From the NCBI RefSeq assembly GCF_028641065.1, contig NC_073384.1, positions 17,422,001-17,486,000 on the forward strand: DNA of 64,000 bases. The letters run 5' to 3'. Below are positions 24,841 to 39,393 of the stretch, piece after piece. The DNA comes from Leucoraja erinacea (Eukaryota). A program made the translations under genes and the position numbers. Under the pieces are notes generated by a model. The model was not told the DNA's origin, did no database searches, and saw nothing but the letters and a program-made list of their open reading frames with translations. Position 1 is the first letter of the stretch. Every line of letters begins with the position of its first letter.

Positions 24841-25853
24841 TCACCCTGAACACCGGCGTTCCTCAGGGCTGTGTGCTGAGCCCCCTCCTCTACTCCCTCT
24901 TCACCTATGACTGCACACCTGTACATGGTACTAACACCATCATCAAGTATGCAGATGATACAACGGTGATTGGCCTCATCAGCAACAACGATGAGTCGGC
25001 CTACAGGGAGGAGGTCCAGCACTTAGCAGCATGGTGCGCTGACAACAACCTGGCCCTTAACTCCAAGAAGACCAAGGAGCTCATTGTAGACTTCAGGAAG
25101 TCCAGAGGCGGCACGCACACCCCCATCCACATTAACGGGACGGAGGTGAAACGTGTTTCTAGCTTCAGGTTCCTGGGAGTCAACATCTCCGATGACCTCT
25201 CTTGGACCCACAATACCTCTACTCTGATCAAGAAGGCTCATCAGCGTCTCTTCTTCCTGAGGAGACTGAAGAAGGTCCATCTGTCTCTTCAGGTCCTGGT
25301 GAACTTCTACCGCTGCACCATTGAGAGCATCCTTACCAACTGCATCACAGTATGGTATGGCAACTGCTCTGTCTCCGACCGAAAGGCATTGCAGAGGGTG
25401 GTGAAAATTGCCCAACGCATCAGGTGTGGTTCCACGCTCCCCCTCCAGTTGAGTCTGTCCAAAGCAAGCGTTGTCTGCGGAGGGCGCTCAGCGCTTTCGC
25501 TGTCTGCTGCACCTGCTCTGACTCACCCACGTGTACCATGGTCTGTTTACCTCCCCCTTTCCCATCGGCCACCATTTAGATAATACAGGTCTCTCCGTTT
25601 TTGCCACCGAACCAGCACCTCGAGGAACAGCTTTTCTTTCTGGCGGCATTTGCCCTCTACTCACCCAACGTACCTCAGTGACTTGCAGTCTCCACACCCC
25701 CCCCCTCACAGCTAACACTGCATATTATTATTTATTCAAACTCGTTTGCTATGTTTCCTCTTCAAGGGAGATGCTAAATGTAAATTTCGTTGTCTCTGTA
25801 CTGTACACTGACAATGACAATTAAAATTGAATCTGAATCTGAATCTGAATCTG
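24841..25853 (+). mobile_element. Rex1/Babar retrotransposon inserted in a CR1 3' end
   Basis: TLNTGVPQGCVLSPLLYSLFT...KYADDTTVIGLI, (GAATCT)n tail, flanking AGATCA duplication at 24838-24843 and 25854-25859. Confidence 0.92.
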
Positions 25854-27971
25854 AGATCAGGTCAGATTGAATGGCAAAGACGATGAACCGAATGGCTCAT
25901 TCCTGCTGCTATGTCTTATGATCTTTATGATCACTTTCACTAAAGACATTGTGGACTGAAGGGCCTGTTATGGTGCTATACTGTTCTATGTTCTCTTAGG
26001 GCATTTATCTATGAATCCACACAGACTTTTTGCCAGTTAGGGGACTTAAAGTCTCAGGGCAAAGGTAATAGGAGCAGGATTTAAAAGGGACCTGTAGAGC
26101 AACTATTTGCACGCAGAATGATGCATGCATGGAATGAGCTGCTGGAGAAAGTGACTGAGGCAGGTACAATAACATTTAAAATATTTTTAGGCAAGTGTAC
26201 CGAGAGGAAATGTTTAGTGGGAAATGGCCTAACAGGAGCAAATGCGACTAGCTTAAATGGGGCATCTTGATTGACATGGATGAGTTGGACCAAAAGGCCA
26301 ATTTGTGTGCTGTCTTACTCTAACTATTTTGCTTGGTCTGTAAATAATCTCAACACAGTGTTGAAGCATGCTTGGGCCAATTGGAAGATGCATGTTTGTG
26401 ATGCATGGTACTTCCTGCGGAACCAGTGTGGTACGTGGCAGTCCCATCATGACTCTGGAACTGAAATTTGTAGAGTCTAACATGGGAAGGTTGAATTCAA
26501 TACGTTGTGACAAGATTACAGACAATAGTAGGAGGGAGGAGGTGAATGACTCCACTGTTTAGGATATTAAACTCTGCGGCATTCAAATTGTGTGAAGCTC
26601 AGGAAGCTCTATGCACCTGAGGAGCCGTTCATTCACCCCACTAATATCACCCCCTGCACTAATACACTAAGTCACCAGGCAAGCAGTAGTATACAGCAAG
26701 GACCCGCTGAAGATCTGATCCGAGAATTCCTATTTAACTATCTTAAATGGGGCATCTTGATTGACATGGATAAGATGCAAGGAAAAACAGAACACCAGAG
26801 GGAGTTGCAAAGCCGGGCTTCCAGAGTCGGCAGCAAGCATCACCCCAGTTCCTCCTACTCAGGGATGTGGATGTGAAGGAGAAACACACCAGTAGAGGGG
26901 AATCTTTGTTTCAGTGTGAGGAAGCATAGCAGTGGAAGATGAGACTTTAATAGATGGGGAATACACACCTAATACGTCTGTATAGCAGCAGAAAGAGAGA
27001 GTATGAAGGAATGTTCAGAAAGTGTCCAAAACCAGCAGCAGATCCTAGATGGGCAAAACCAACTGGATATTGGGATGGAGCACAAAATACAAGCAATCGT
27101 AAGGAGCAGTGTTTTTATTCATCTAGAACACAATATTAAGAAGGGGTTGCACTGGAGATCAGGCAAAGTAAGTCTGACTGCTGTGAAGACACAAGACTCT
27201 GCAGATGCTGAAAAGTATTGTAGGCAATTGTGAAATCCTGATCCAAGTTCTTGACCCAAAAACGCCAACTAGTAACTAGTAATCCCTCTCCCCCCTCCCC
27301 TCCCCCTCCCCCCACCCCCCCCCCCCACCCCCCCCCTCCCCCTCCCCCCCCCCCCCCCCCTCAAAGATGCTACTCAATCCAATGATTTCCTGCAGTAGTT
27401 TGTTTATTGCTTCAAATTTCAACATCTGCAGTATCTTCTGAATCTACTGTGAAATCTTCTACCATTAAATCTTTCAGAGTTATCCTCTCAATTTTCCAGG
27501 ATGGGTGCAGCATTATCAACACTCAAAGTGTGACATAATCATGGTGGGAGCATCTGTCTGATTAGCATTCCATCCACCATCCAGTGTATTCCATCTATAA
27601 CATGTCCTCACTAAATCTCCCCACATCCCAAAATGTGGCCTCCACCACAGAGGAACAACAGGAACAAAAGATATTCAGATACAAAAGAAGACAAAGTGCT
27701 GGAGTTACTCAGCAGGTCAGGCAGCACCTATGGAGAACATGGATAGGTGATGTTTTGAGTTGAGACCCTTCTTCAACCCTGTCCTGACCTAAAATGTCAC
27801 CTCAGATGTTGCCTGACCTGCTGTTACTCCAGCATTTTGTGTCCCTTTGTGTATTAACCAGCATTTGCAGTTCTTTGTTTCTAACATTATTCAGATAATT
27901 TCATCCTGACCAGAAATCATAGAGCGGAGCAAGATGGTCCACTCCAGCAAAATCCAATGGACTAACGTGTA

Positions 27972-30900
27972 CATAGAACAAAGAAATTAGGTGCAGGAGG
28001 AGGCCATTCGGCCCTTCGAGTCAGCACCGCCATTCATTGCGATCATGGTTGATCGGCCCCAATCAATAACCCGTCCGTGCCTGCCTTCTCCCCATATCCC
28101 TTGTTTCCACTAGCCCCAAGAGCTCTATCTAACTCTCTTAAATCCATCCAGTGATTTGGCCTCCACTGCCCTCTGTGGCAGGGAATTCCACAAATTCACA
28201 GCTCTCTGGGTGAAAAAGTTTTTTCTCACAGTCTTAAATGGCCTCAACAATCAGTGACATTTATCTTTCTCAAGTGGCATCAAGTGGCATATATTCTAAT
28301 ACTGTGGCCCCTGGTTCTGGACTCGCCCAACATTGGAAACATTTTTCCTGCATCTAGCTTGTCCAGTCCTTTTATAATTTTATATATGTTTTTATAAGAG
28401 CCCCCTCATCCTTCTAAACTCCAGTGAATACAAGCCTAGTCTTTTCAATCATTCCTTATATGACAGTCCCAGGGATCAATCTCGTGAACCTACGCTGCAC
28501 TGCCTCAATCACAAGGATGTCCTTCCTCAAATTAGGAGACCAAAACTGTACGCAATACTCCAGATGTGGTCTTACCAGAGCCCTATACAACTACAGAAGA
28601 ACCTCTCTACTCCTATACTGAAATCCTCTTGTTATGAATGCCAACATGCCATTAGCTTTCTTCACTGCCTGCTGTACCTGCACGCCAACTTACAGTGACC
28701 GGTGTACAAGAACACCCAGGTCTCACTGCACCTCCCCCTTACCTAACCTAACCCCATTGAGATAATAATCTGCCCCCTTGTTTTTGCAGCTAAAGTGGAT
28801 AACCTCACATTTATCTATATTATACTGCATCTGCCACGCATCTGCCCACTCACTCAACCTGTCCAGGTCACCCTAACATCCTCTTCACAGTTCACACTGC
28901 CACCGTGCTTTGTGTCATCTACAAACCTGCTAGTGTTGCTCCTAATTCCCTCTTCCAAGTCATTAATATGTATGGTAAACAGTTACGGCCCCAACACCGA
29001 GCCTTGTGGCACTCCACTCGCCACTGCCTGCCGTTCTGAAAAGGACCCGTTCACTCCTACTCTTTGCTTCCTGTCTGCCAACCAATTTTCTATCCATGTC
29101 AACACAAAAAGTCTAGATACACTACATCCACTGGCACCCCTTCATCCATTTTACTAGTCACATCCTCAAAAAATTCCAGAAAATTAGTCAAGCATGATTT
29201 TCCTTTCAAAACCTATGTTGACTTGGACTAATCCTTTTACTGCTATCCAAATGCTCCATTATTACCTCTTTAATAATTGACACCAGCATCTTTGCCATCA
29301 CCGAAGTCAGTCTAACTGGTCTGTAATTCCGTTTTCTCTCTCGATCCTTTCTTGAAAAATGGGGTAACATTAGCTATCCTCCAATCCACAGGAACTGATC
29401 CTAAATCTACTGAACATTGGAAAATGATCACCAATGCGTCCACTATTTCTAGAGCCACCTCCCTGAGGACCCTGGGATGCAGACCATCAGGCCCCAGGGA
29501 TTTATCATCCTTCCGTCCCATTAGCCTACCCAATACTATTTCTCGTCTAATGAAAAGTTATTTCAGTTCCTCGACCCTCTTAGATCCTCTGTCCTCCAGT
29601 ACGTCTGGGAGGTTGTTTGTGTCTTTTTTAGTGGACAGATCCGAAGTACCTGTTCAACTCCTCTGCCATTTCCTTGTTCCCCATAATAATTTCACCCGTG
29701 TCTGCCTTCAAGGGACCCACATTTGACTTTGCTATTCTTTTTCTCTTAACATATTTAAAACAACTTGTACTGTTCTTCTTTATATTCCTGGCCAGCTTTC
29801 CTTCATACTTCATCTTTTCAGCCTGTATTGCCTGTTTTGTTTCCTTCTATTGTCCTATGAAAGTTTCCCAATCCTCTGGTTTCCGGCTACGCTTTGCTAT
29901 GTTATACATCTTTTCTTTTAGTTTTATTCTATCCCTAACTTCTCTTGTCAGCCACGGTTGTCTCCTACTCCCCTTAGAATCTTTCTTCCTTTTTGCCTTC
30001 CGGATTATGCCCAGAAATTCCTGCCATTGCTGTTCCACCGTCATTCCTGCTAGTAACCCTTTCCAGTCAACCTTGGCCAGCTCCTCTCTCATGCCTTCAT
30101 AATCCCCTTTGTTCAGCTGCATCACTGCCACTTCCGATCTAACCTTCTCCTTCTCAAATTGCAGATTAAATCTAATCATATTATGATCAATACCTCCAAG
30201 CAGTTCCTTTACCTCGCGTTCTCTTATCAAATTTGGTTCATTGGACAACACTAAATCCAGAATTGCCTTTTCTCTGGTCGTCTTCATTACAAGCTGCTCT
30301 AAGAATCCATCTCAGAGGCATTCTACAAACTGTCTTTCTTGGGGTCCTGAATCAACCTGATTTTTCCAGTCTACCTGCATATTGAAATCCCCCATCACCA
30401 CAGTGGCATTACCTTTGTTACATGCCAGTTTTAACTCCTGCTGCAACTTACACCCTACATCCGGTCTGCTAGTTGGGGGTCTGTAAATAACACCAATTAG
30501 TGTCTTGTTGCCATTACAATTCCTCAACTCAATCCACAGTGACTCTACCTTGTCTGTCCCTATGTCTTCCCTCACAAGGGACCAAATTGCATTCCTCACC
30601 AGAAGAGCTACCCCCCCTCCTCTGCCCACCTGCCTGTCCTTTCTATAGGATGTATAACCCTGAATATTAAGTTCCCAAACCTGATCCTCCTACAAACATG
30701 TCTCGGTAATCTCCACAATGTCATACCTACCAACCTCTATCTGAGCTTCAAACCCATGTACTTTACTTCTTATACTTCAAACATTCAAATACAGTACTTT
30801 TAATTCCTTATGCATCTCACCCTTCACATTGATGCCTACTACACTTGGCCATACTCTCATATCCCTTTGTGAGCTTTCTTTCCCGTCAATTCTGGGGTCA

Positions 30901-31680
30901 TTAACTATCCCTTTACTGCCTTTCCCTTTAACTCCGTCCTTGACTATCNNNNNNNNNNNNNNNNNNNNNNNNNNNNNNNNNNNNNNNNNNNNNNNNNNNN
31001 NNNNNNNNNNNNNNNNNNNNNNNNNNNNNNNNNNNNNNNNNNNNNNNNNNNNNNNNNNNNNNNNNNNNNNNNNNNNNNNNNNNNNNNACCACCTGTGTCG
31101 CAGTGGCAAACCTGCCTGCCAGAATGCCGGTCCCCCACCTGTTAAGGTGCAATCCGTCCCTATTGTACAGTTCCCCCTTACTCCAAAACAGATCCCAGTG
31201 GTCAAGGATCTAAATCCCTGCCCCCTGCACCGGTCCCTCAGCCGCACATTTAGGTCTTGTATATCCCTGTTCCTGCTCTCACCAGAACGAGGAACTGGAA
31301 GCAAACCACCTGATTTTCAGCACTTTTCCAAGCTCTCTAAAGTCACGCTTCAGAATATTAATCCCCTTCTTTCCGACATCGTAAGTGCCAACATGCACTA
31401 CCACTTCCGGCTGTTCACCTTCGCCCTTGAAGATTTTCTACACTCTGTCCTTGACATCCTGGATCTTGGCACCCGGGAGGCAGCAAATCATCCTTGAATC
31501 CCGTCTGTTGCCGCAGAAACCACTGTCCGTACCTCTCACAATGGAGTCTCCAACCACCACTGTGTTGCCTGATGTCGGCCTCCTTGGTTTTGGCTCAACA
31601 GCACTTTTTGCATCGCAAGCCATTGTGCCGCTCAGTGCATCAACGTCTTCTGTCCTGACAGTACTGACCCGAGAGTATGG
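27972..31680 (-). mobile_element. CR1 LINE, long degenerate copy with ORF1 esterase and ORF2 endonuclease/RT
   Basis: ORF1 SGNH motifs VVVGDSIVRG, CCLPGA, HLNRWGT. Endonuclease GGGVALLV, GVIYRPP, MGDFN, LDLVL. RT remnants and 3' tail. Spans an N-gap. Confidence 0.93.
30949..31087. other. Assembly gap (others at 40230-40375 and 46941-47261)
   Basis: Runs of N. Confidence 1.
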
Positions 31681-33279
31681 AACAGGGCAGGACGTCCGCC
31701 ATTTTAGCAAACCTGACCCGTCTCCCGTGGAATGTGTAGTCAGCAAAGATCATAGGGCAGAGTCGGGTCGGGTTGGTTTCTATGTTTGAAGATAGAAATG
31801 AGGAAAACTATCAAGGGAATGATTTGGTATGGTAATTGAAATTTTTCTGAAATACTAACTTAGAATGGGATCGGAGCATGCAACCAGTCTTTTTTGAGGG
31901 GGACGGATGAGAGCTTTGGCTTACAGCCCAGGATGGAATTAATTTTAGCAAATGTTTGCTTGCTGTCAGGGTAATATTTCAATGGCCTGCATTTCAAACA
32001 TTTAAAAAGGGCAATGCTTAGGAAGGAACTGCAGATGCTGGAAAGTCCCTTTCCCGTGACTTTCAGTCTGAAGAAGGGGTCTCGACCCGAAACATCACCC
32101 ATTCCTTCTCTCCAGAGATGCTGCCTGTCCCGCTGAGTTACTCCAGCACTTTGTGTCTATCTTCGATTCAAACCAGCATCTGCAGTTCCTTGCTACACAC
32201 ACATCAGTCTGTCCAGTCGAGGGTACAATTGGCGATCGAAATACATCAGCGAGTGTTCAAGGATGATTAATGCACCTGACTCCAGTTAATGTACTTAACT
32301 TCAGCCCGTATTGAAACTGATCCCAGTGTGTATTAATCACCAGTAAATAAACGCTTCATTCCCCTATTTTCATTACTTGTATGACAGTTTCTAAAATCGG
32401 CACACACATTGCTTTGAGGCCCGTTAGAATGGGTGAAAAATAGTGATTCCGAATCTCGCTGCACTTAGCCCAGTCGAGTTATTTTCCTTATTAGTTTCAA
32501 TGCGCGGAAAAGCAAATGACAATACAACATGAAGATTCTTGCCACAAACAACCAAAAAAGCTTGTAATGGTTAGCATTTTATTAACATTTCGCCTTTTCA
32601 TTTTGGATCGAATAAATAAAAGTGATAGATGTTTACATGGATTTACAAATACATTTTGTTACTTCACCATTCTGGGATCAGGATATGGATCCTCTACTCA
32701 TTGCCCAATAGAACATTCACTGTAAGATCTGGACAGCTCAAGGAGGTGGCTTTATCACATTCTTCTCAAGGGCAGCACGTGCCAACAATATTTACATTCT
32801 GAGATGAATACCTTTCATGGAAATGAATAAGCTGAAGGGAAATAATTAATTGACCTAGGATCACATGCTGTAGGTTCTGGGTTTAGGTAAACAGTTAACA
32901 ACATAAAGATAAATCCCAATATATTTTGGAGGTTATCCAAAATGGTGAAAGTAACCTTGGCTTTCAGAGATATAAGGTGCACAGAACCGTTCAAGTTTAA
33001 GATGGATGGAGTAGTGAATATACTGAGGCAGATCTGCAGGCTTTACAGATTTTAAATTTAAAAAAGTACTGGAAAAACTTTATGAGTTAGGCAGCATCAG
33101 CGTGGAATGGAGGTAATGAACAGACATTTCTGGTTGGGATCCTTTACCTGGACTGAAGTAGAGGTGAGAGGGGATGTGGAGGTGCAAGAGCTATAGGTGG
33201 ATCCAGGAGACGAGGTTTGATCTATATATTGCATGTAATTATCCCAAATGCATCAGCCAGCCAGTAGTAATATCAGAGT

Positions 33280-33990
33280 GATACAGTGGGGAAACAGGCC
33301 CTTCGGCCCAACACCTACACCAGCCAACATCTCCCAGCTACATTAGTCCCACCTTCCAGCATCTGGTCCATATTCCTCCAAATCTGTATTATCCATGTAC
33401 CTGTCTAACTGCTTCTTAAATTTTAGGATAGTTCCTGCACTCAACTACCTCCTCTGGCAGCTTGTTCCATACATCCACCACCCTTTGTGTGAAAATGTTA
33501 CCCCTCAGATTCCTATCAAATCTTTTCCCCTTCACCATGAACCTGGGCCTTCTGGAACTTGATTCACCTACTCTGGGCAAGAGTCTCTGTGCATCTACCT
33601 GATCAATTCTTCTCATGATCTTATACACCTCTATAAGATCACACTCATCCTCCTGCGCTTAAAGGAATAGGGTCCTAGCCTACTCAACCTCTGCCTAGAA
33701 CTCAGACCCTCTAGCCCTGGCAACATCCTCGTAAATCTTCTCTTTCCCTTTCCAGCTTGACATATTTCTATAACGGTGCCCAGAACTGAGCACAATACTA
33801 TAAATGTGGCCTCACCAACGTCTTAGCCAACTGCAACAAGAACCCCCAACTTCTATACTACGGCTGATGAAGGCCAATGTGCCAAAAGCCTTTTTGACTA
33901 CACTGCAATTCCACCTTCAGGGAGCTATGCACCTGTACTCCTAGATCTTTCTGCTCCACAACACTACCCAGAGCCCTACCATTCAATGTG
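33280..33990 (-). mobile_element. CR1 LINE 3' fragment (second subfamily)
   Basis: YKIMRRID...FTQRVVDVWNKLPEEVV plus 3' end. Confidence 0.85.
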
Positions 33991-36900
33991 TTCATCCAGC
34001 TCAAAACCTAATTTGCCATTTCCCTCCACAGATGCTGCCTGACCTGGTGAGTTTTTCCAGCACTTTGATTTTTTGCTCAAGATTCCAGCAACTGCAGTCT
34101 TTTATGACTCCAGGTTTTAATTACTTGCTCTGGCAATACAATACTGCCTGCACTCTAATGATTCCCATTACAGAATAAAGTCCAGTGTCAGAGAAATTAC
34201 TGTAATAGCAAACTTTTATATAGCCAGGCACTATAAAAAGGAATTGTGAAATTGAAATACTAATAGCAAAGAAAACACAGGTTAGGAATGTTTTTAATGT
34301 ATCCAGTAGGTCACCCCGGATATATACCTCAAGAGAAATAGCAAGATTAAGACTGACATTGAAAATACAGGTTAAATGAGTCTGAAGGTAATCTCAACAG
34401 ATAAAGAAAAATGGTAATCGGATGAAAATGACATAAATCATGAACACTATTTAATGTAGCACATGCACAATGCACATAGCTCAATTAATTGTGAAATATA
34501 TTGATATACAGTGGTATGGTCATGGGAAAGGTCCCATAATCACTAACGCACTACACAATACATAACCAATCAATTTGGCTTCAATAATGATGAACAAATA
34601 TTGTCCAGGCCTCTGGAGAGAATTCCCTGCTTGTCACTGAACTAGGGCAATGGGGTGATTATTTTAAATCACCCACTCCACAAGGCATGAAATAAGGCAT
34701 CTTTGGCACTGAAATTTCAACTTTTATCAAATTTTAAACAAGGCCAAAATATTTTTTTCAATGGTAATGAATGGAAAGATGCTTATGTTCAGAGGGACGT
34801 GTGTCCTTATACACAAATCACTGGGAGTTAACATGGAGATATAGCAAGCAATGACAAAGGCTAATTGTGTGTTGACCTTCATTGCAAGAGAATTGTTGAA
34901 CCATAATGGACGGGTCTTACTACAATGATGCAGAGCCATCTGAGAACATGTTTGAAATACTGTGCACAGAACTAGGAGCTTTACCCAAGGAAGGACATAC
35001 TTGAGAAAGAGGAAGTGCTATTGACGTTTGCTAGATTGATTTGTGAGATGGAGGGTTTGTCCTGAGAAGAAATTAAGCAGATTGGATCACTATTTGAGCT
35101 CAGATGAGAAGTGATCTCAATAAAATACACAGATTTCTTAAATTCCTCAAGATAAGGGATAGCTCATTCAGGTCAGAGATTAGAAGAATTTTCTTTATCT
35201 GGAGACAGGTTGATCTGTTGAATCCTCTTCCCAAGAGGGCTGGTCTGTTCAAGGGAGAAGATTTATATAGTGATTTTGCTGTAAAAGGGAATCAAGAGGC
35301 ATGAAGATGGAGTAGAAAAGTGGAGTAAAGGTCAGATCAGCCGTCATCTCATTGAAAGTACGGCCTCTATTACTTGTGTTTCTTTATGGTCTGTAGTCTC
35401 CACCTCTCTTCCCCCAGTTTACTTTACCTTTACTCAGATGGCCATCCTTGTATCACAGGGTTAAACTGTCAGTACCTTTTTCTAAATTAACCCCAAGGAC
35501 TTTAAATTAGACTAAGTCTGTACCGTATTCGGTTCCAGGTGAGATCTCACTAATGTCCTCCTCATCTGTAACAGAACAAGGACAATGTTTGATTTCCTTC
35601 TTAATTACCATTAAATACAGTCCATGATGTTCCAAGCATTTACTAATGAGTCTGTCATCGAGGCTAAGAGGAAACGTACTGATGTATAAATTACACCAGA
35701 GTAAGTATTCCAAAACCAAGTCATACATTACTACAGATATCACTGGATGGTTTTAGTATTTTACAATACATTTTAAATAATCCTGTTTTAGGGGTTAATT
35801 TGAATGTCGTTATAGTGGCAAGTGTTTTGGATTCTTGTTCTAGTAAAGTGGTTTTAAATCAAGATGACCATGTAGGCTAATCCCACCATCAGTGGTAATT
35901 TAGATAAAATTAGTGGGATTAATCATATTACTGTTATTTGTCCAAGTAAGGATGTTATTTCTGCAATGAAGGTTGTGTTAGCTTTAATTCATTAATGGGA
36001 AAAAAAAATTGGGAAGAAACTTAAATGCTTAAATAAAATGGAATGTGGGGCAGGTGCTATAGAATGGCTCATTATCAAGCATAAAACTGCCAGTGAAACT
36101 CAGTGGGTCAGGCAGCATAAATGGACAGTCGAGGTTTCATGCCTAGATACTTTACCTGGATTGAAAGAGCAGAGGAGCAATTGGCAGTTTAAAGGGATGA
36201 GTGGCAGTGGAGAGGTAAGAGCTGGCCAGCAATAAATGGTTCTAGTGCGGAGGTATTATCAATCGATTGCATGCCATTATCTCAACTGCATTGGCCAGCC
36301 AATAACAGTACACTCATAGAGGACAACGCGATCGGCTTAGGGCAGTTTCTTCCAGTGTCCAGAATGGCGATGGGTCGTTCTCCACAAGGATCAGTTTGGG
36401 TCAGCACAAGAACCACAGGCACCCAAGTTATTACAAAATTTAAAAAAGAGCAGCTTTGAAAAATCTGGATTTTCAATGCAGGTAATGGCAAGGAGGGAGG
36501 AAATCTGAAACTCTGTTTGTCCATTCCCTTCACAGATGCTGCTTGACCCACTGAATTGGCCGTTCCTTGAATGCATCAATTAGAGCTGCCTGGAATTCAA
36601 TCTTACAGTTATTTTTTAAGTACCATTTTAAGGAGATTGCATAAATCATATTTTCAAAGGGAAATGGTTGAATTGTTGTACGTGGATAATTCTGAGAGTT
36701 TGATCTATAAAGAAGTGAAATGTTAAACAGAAAATGACAATATATAGTTTGCAAATCAAGATGAAACAGCTCGACTAAAAAAAAATCATTCATATAACTT
36801 CCACAAAAAGCTGCCTTGCTGTTGAAGTTTGTCTGAACAAGGAGAGCATTATTGCATGTACACAAAAATGCTGGAGAAACTCAGCAGGTGCAGCAGCATC

Positions 36901-37802
36901 TATGGAGCGAAGGAAATAGGCGACGTTTCGGGCCAAAACCCTTCTTCAGACTGTCGCCTATTTCCTTCGCTCCATAGATGCTGCTGCACCCGCTGAGTTT
37001 CTCCAGCATTTTTGTGTACCTTCGATCTTCCAGCATCTGCAGTTCCTTCTTGAGCATTATTGCATACTTTGCTGGGTGTCTTTGAACTGGTCAGAAATTC
37101 ACCTCCTCTTTCATCGGCAGTATTTATGTTCTTTCCAACTTAAAACTATGTCAATAGTAATAGAAACATCAAAATAAATCTGCAGCAGGATTTTCAAGCT
37201 GCTAGTCTGAAAAATAACTGTTATTATTTACTCACAGAATAACCAGACATTACCGATCGTTTCCCTCAAAGCCGTTGATTAAATTGGCAAAGCTAAGCTT
37301 GTTTGATCCCAGGTATGTTTTTGCATAGGAATCACCCTTCCCCATCTTCCTACTATCACTCTCTCCACACACCCCAGCTACCATCACAGCAGCATCCACT
37401 CATTCAGCAGCAGAAGCTGGAAGATTTGTTTGCATTGTGGTACACTGGAACCAATGATTGCACCTGCTGTAGCACCACCGAGAAGTGCGAGAACTGGCAG
37501 CAGAAGAATATAACCATGGTGAATTCAACAACTGCTTTCTACCTGGGATCACACAGGTCTCAGTGTCTGACAAGTGGTGGTTTAAAGACTAATAAAAATT
37601 GCAGTCTGGTGCAATTTTCTCAGCTTATTGTGTGACCGGGGTAAGAAAACATAGCTACAACTTCCAACCCATTGAGATAAAACGATGACAAAATATTCTG
37701 GATGAACTGGAAATGAAATTGAACCTCTGGTTGAGGAGTCGTTTATTGAATTGGCCACACGTAAAGGAGCGAGGTAAGAGGGATCAACATCTACGTTGGC
37801 AC

Positions 37803-38098
37803 AGGGCGGCACAGTGGTGCAGTGGTTGAGTTGTTGGCTTACAGCGCCAGAGACCCAGGTTCGATCCTTACTAAGGTCGCAGTCTGTACAGAGTTGTACG
37901 TTCTCTCTGTGACCGCGTGGGTTTTCTCCGGGTGCTTTGGTTTTCTCCCACACTCCAAAGGTGTACGTGTTTGTAGGTTAATTGGCTTCTGTAAATTGTC
38001 CCTAGTGTGTAGGGTAGTGCTAGTGTACGGGGTGATCGCTGGTCGGCGTGGACTCGGTAGGCCGAGGGGCTCTTTTCTATGCTGTATCTCGTCTAAAT
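37803..38098 (+). mobile_element. HE1-type V-SINE (other copies at about 6623-6900 +, 7550-7800 -, 8400-8640 -, 23835-24150 +, 42690-42870 +, 43592-43880 +, 63172-63495 +)
   Basis: tRNA-like A/B boxes (GGTGCAGTGG, GGTTCGATCC), V-domain GGGTTTTCTCCGGGTGCTCCGGTTTCCTCCCACA, CR1/HER1-like tail and (AAACT)n end in most copies. Confidence 0.85.
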
Positions 38099-39393
38099 CT
38101 TTGTGCAGAGTTGCTGCAATGATTCATATGCAGGAACAGCTTCTTCTCTGTTGTTATCAGTCCTCCCATAAGCCAGGGTGTAGTTCCCAATCTTCCAACC
38201 TACTTCATTGCACTTTTTCTCTGCACCTGTAAATCTCTAGAGTATAATACTATATTCTGCATGCTCGAATTTTTCCATTTGCACCACCTATAGTATGTGG
38301 CTTGATTGTACTCGTGTATAGTATGATTTGACACAAAATGTTTTTCACTCTATCTTGTACAGGTGACAATAATAAACTAATACTAATGTGTCATGTTTTA
38401 CTGGGGTATCGCTTGGAGATTATTACACGTTCCTGGGCGATATCTGTAGAAATGTTTGAACCAGGGGATTTAGGATTAGTTGAGTATATCGTTGCCCCTT
38501 TTGGTGCAAAAACCTTATGGATTACATTCCCACAGTATAAAAATAATGAAATTGATCTAATACTTAGACAGTAAAATATCCTGGAGCAATGGAACAATGA
38601 TCAAACTATGGGCCTCAATCTGAGAGGCTGACAGAATAAACAGGTTTGAAGAGAATTTCCTGTTATTTCATAGCATTAAAACTCTCCTCGCCTCCCATGA
38701 GATTAAATAAATCGGACAGAGATAACAATGTGCAAACTGTGTCAATTCTCCAAATAGAAGTTTCTCTGAACATTAACAATTGCTAAGGCATCCAGTCCCT
38801 AAAGAGCATGCTAGTTCCAAAGAAGAATTTCTACAGTCGACACAAATCACAACGTGAGCTGCAGAACATCCTGATTAGACAGTGAATTTGGTCTGACATT
38901 CCACCGTTGGGCAAGTTCAGAGCTCTTTGACAAAGCTGAGGCCACACGGCAATGTGCTAAACAAAGAATTCATTAAATAAATAGTAATGGATCCTGTGTG
39001 GAGCAGCTCTTGGGAAGGCCAGGGACTCCATCACAGATGGCTCCGATGTCACAGAGGGGGGAAGGAGAATGTCCTTTCTGTGTTCAGATGAAACCAAGTC
39101 CTTTCCACTCACTTTCAGATCGTCCTGCGTCTGCAACGGAGGCATCCTTTAAACCAGAGTCTTCAGTGACACAGTCACACAGGGGAAATCTGTGAATAAG
39201 AGCAGATATAGTGGCGTTTGAGCGGCTTTTGGATGGGCATGTTGCATGCAGGAAATGGAGAGACATGGATCACATGCTAGCAGAGGAGATTAGTTTAACG
39301 GCATCATGTTCAGCACAGACATTGTGGGCAGAAGGGTCAGCCCTGTGCTGTACTGTTCTATGTTCTATGTAAGAGCAGTGGTTTAATACTCAC

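Noticed and set aside
35505-35570. Apparent small exon DEEDISEISPGTEY on the minus strand
   Set aside because: The nucleotide sequence resembles a decayed CR1 [10 protein letters not shown] segment.
37803-37880. tRNA-like A/B boxes
   Set aside because: These are SINE heads, not tRNA genes; they continue into SINE body sequence.
39084-39190. Possible terminal cytoplasmic exon of the Ig gene
   Set aside because: The acceptor is plausible but the frame is ambiguous and the peptide uninformative; kept only as a candidate.
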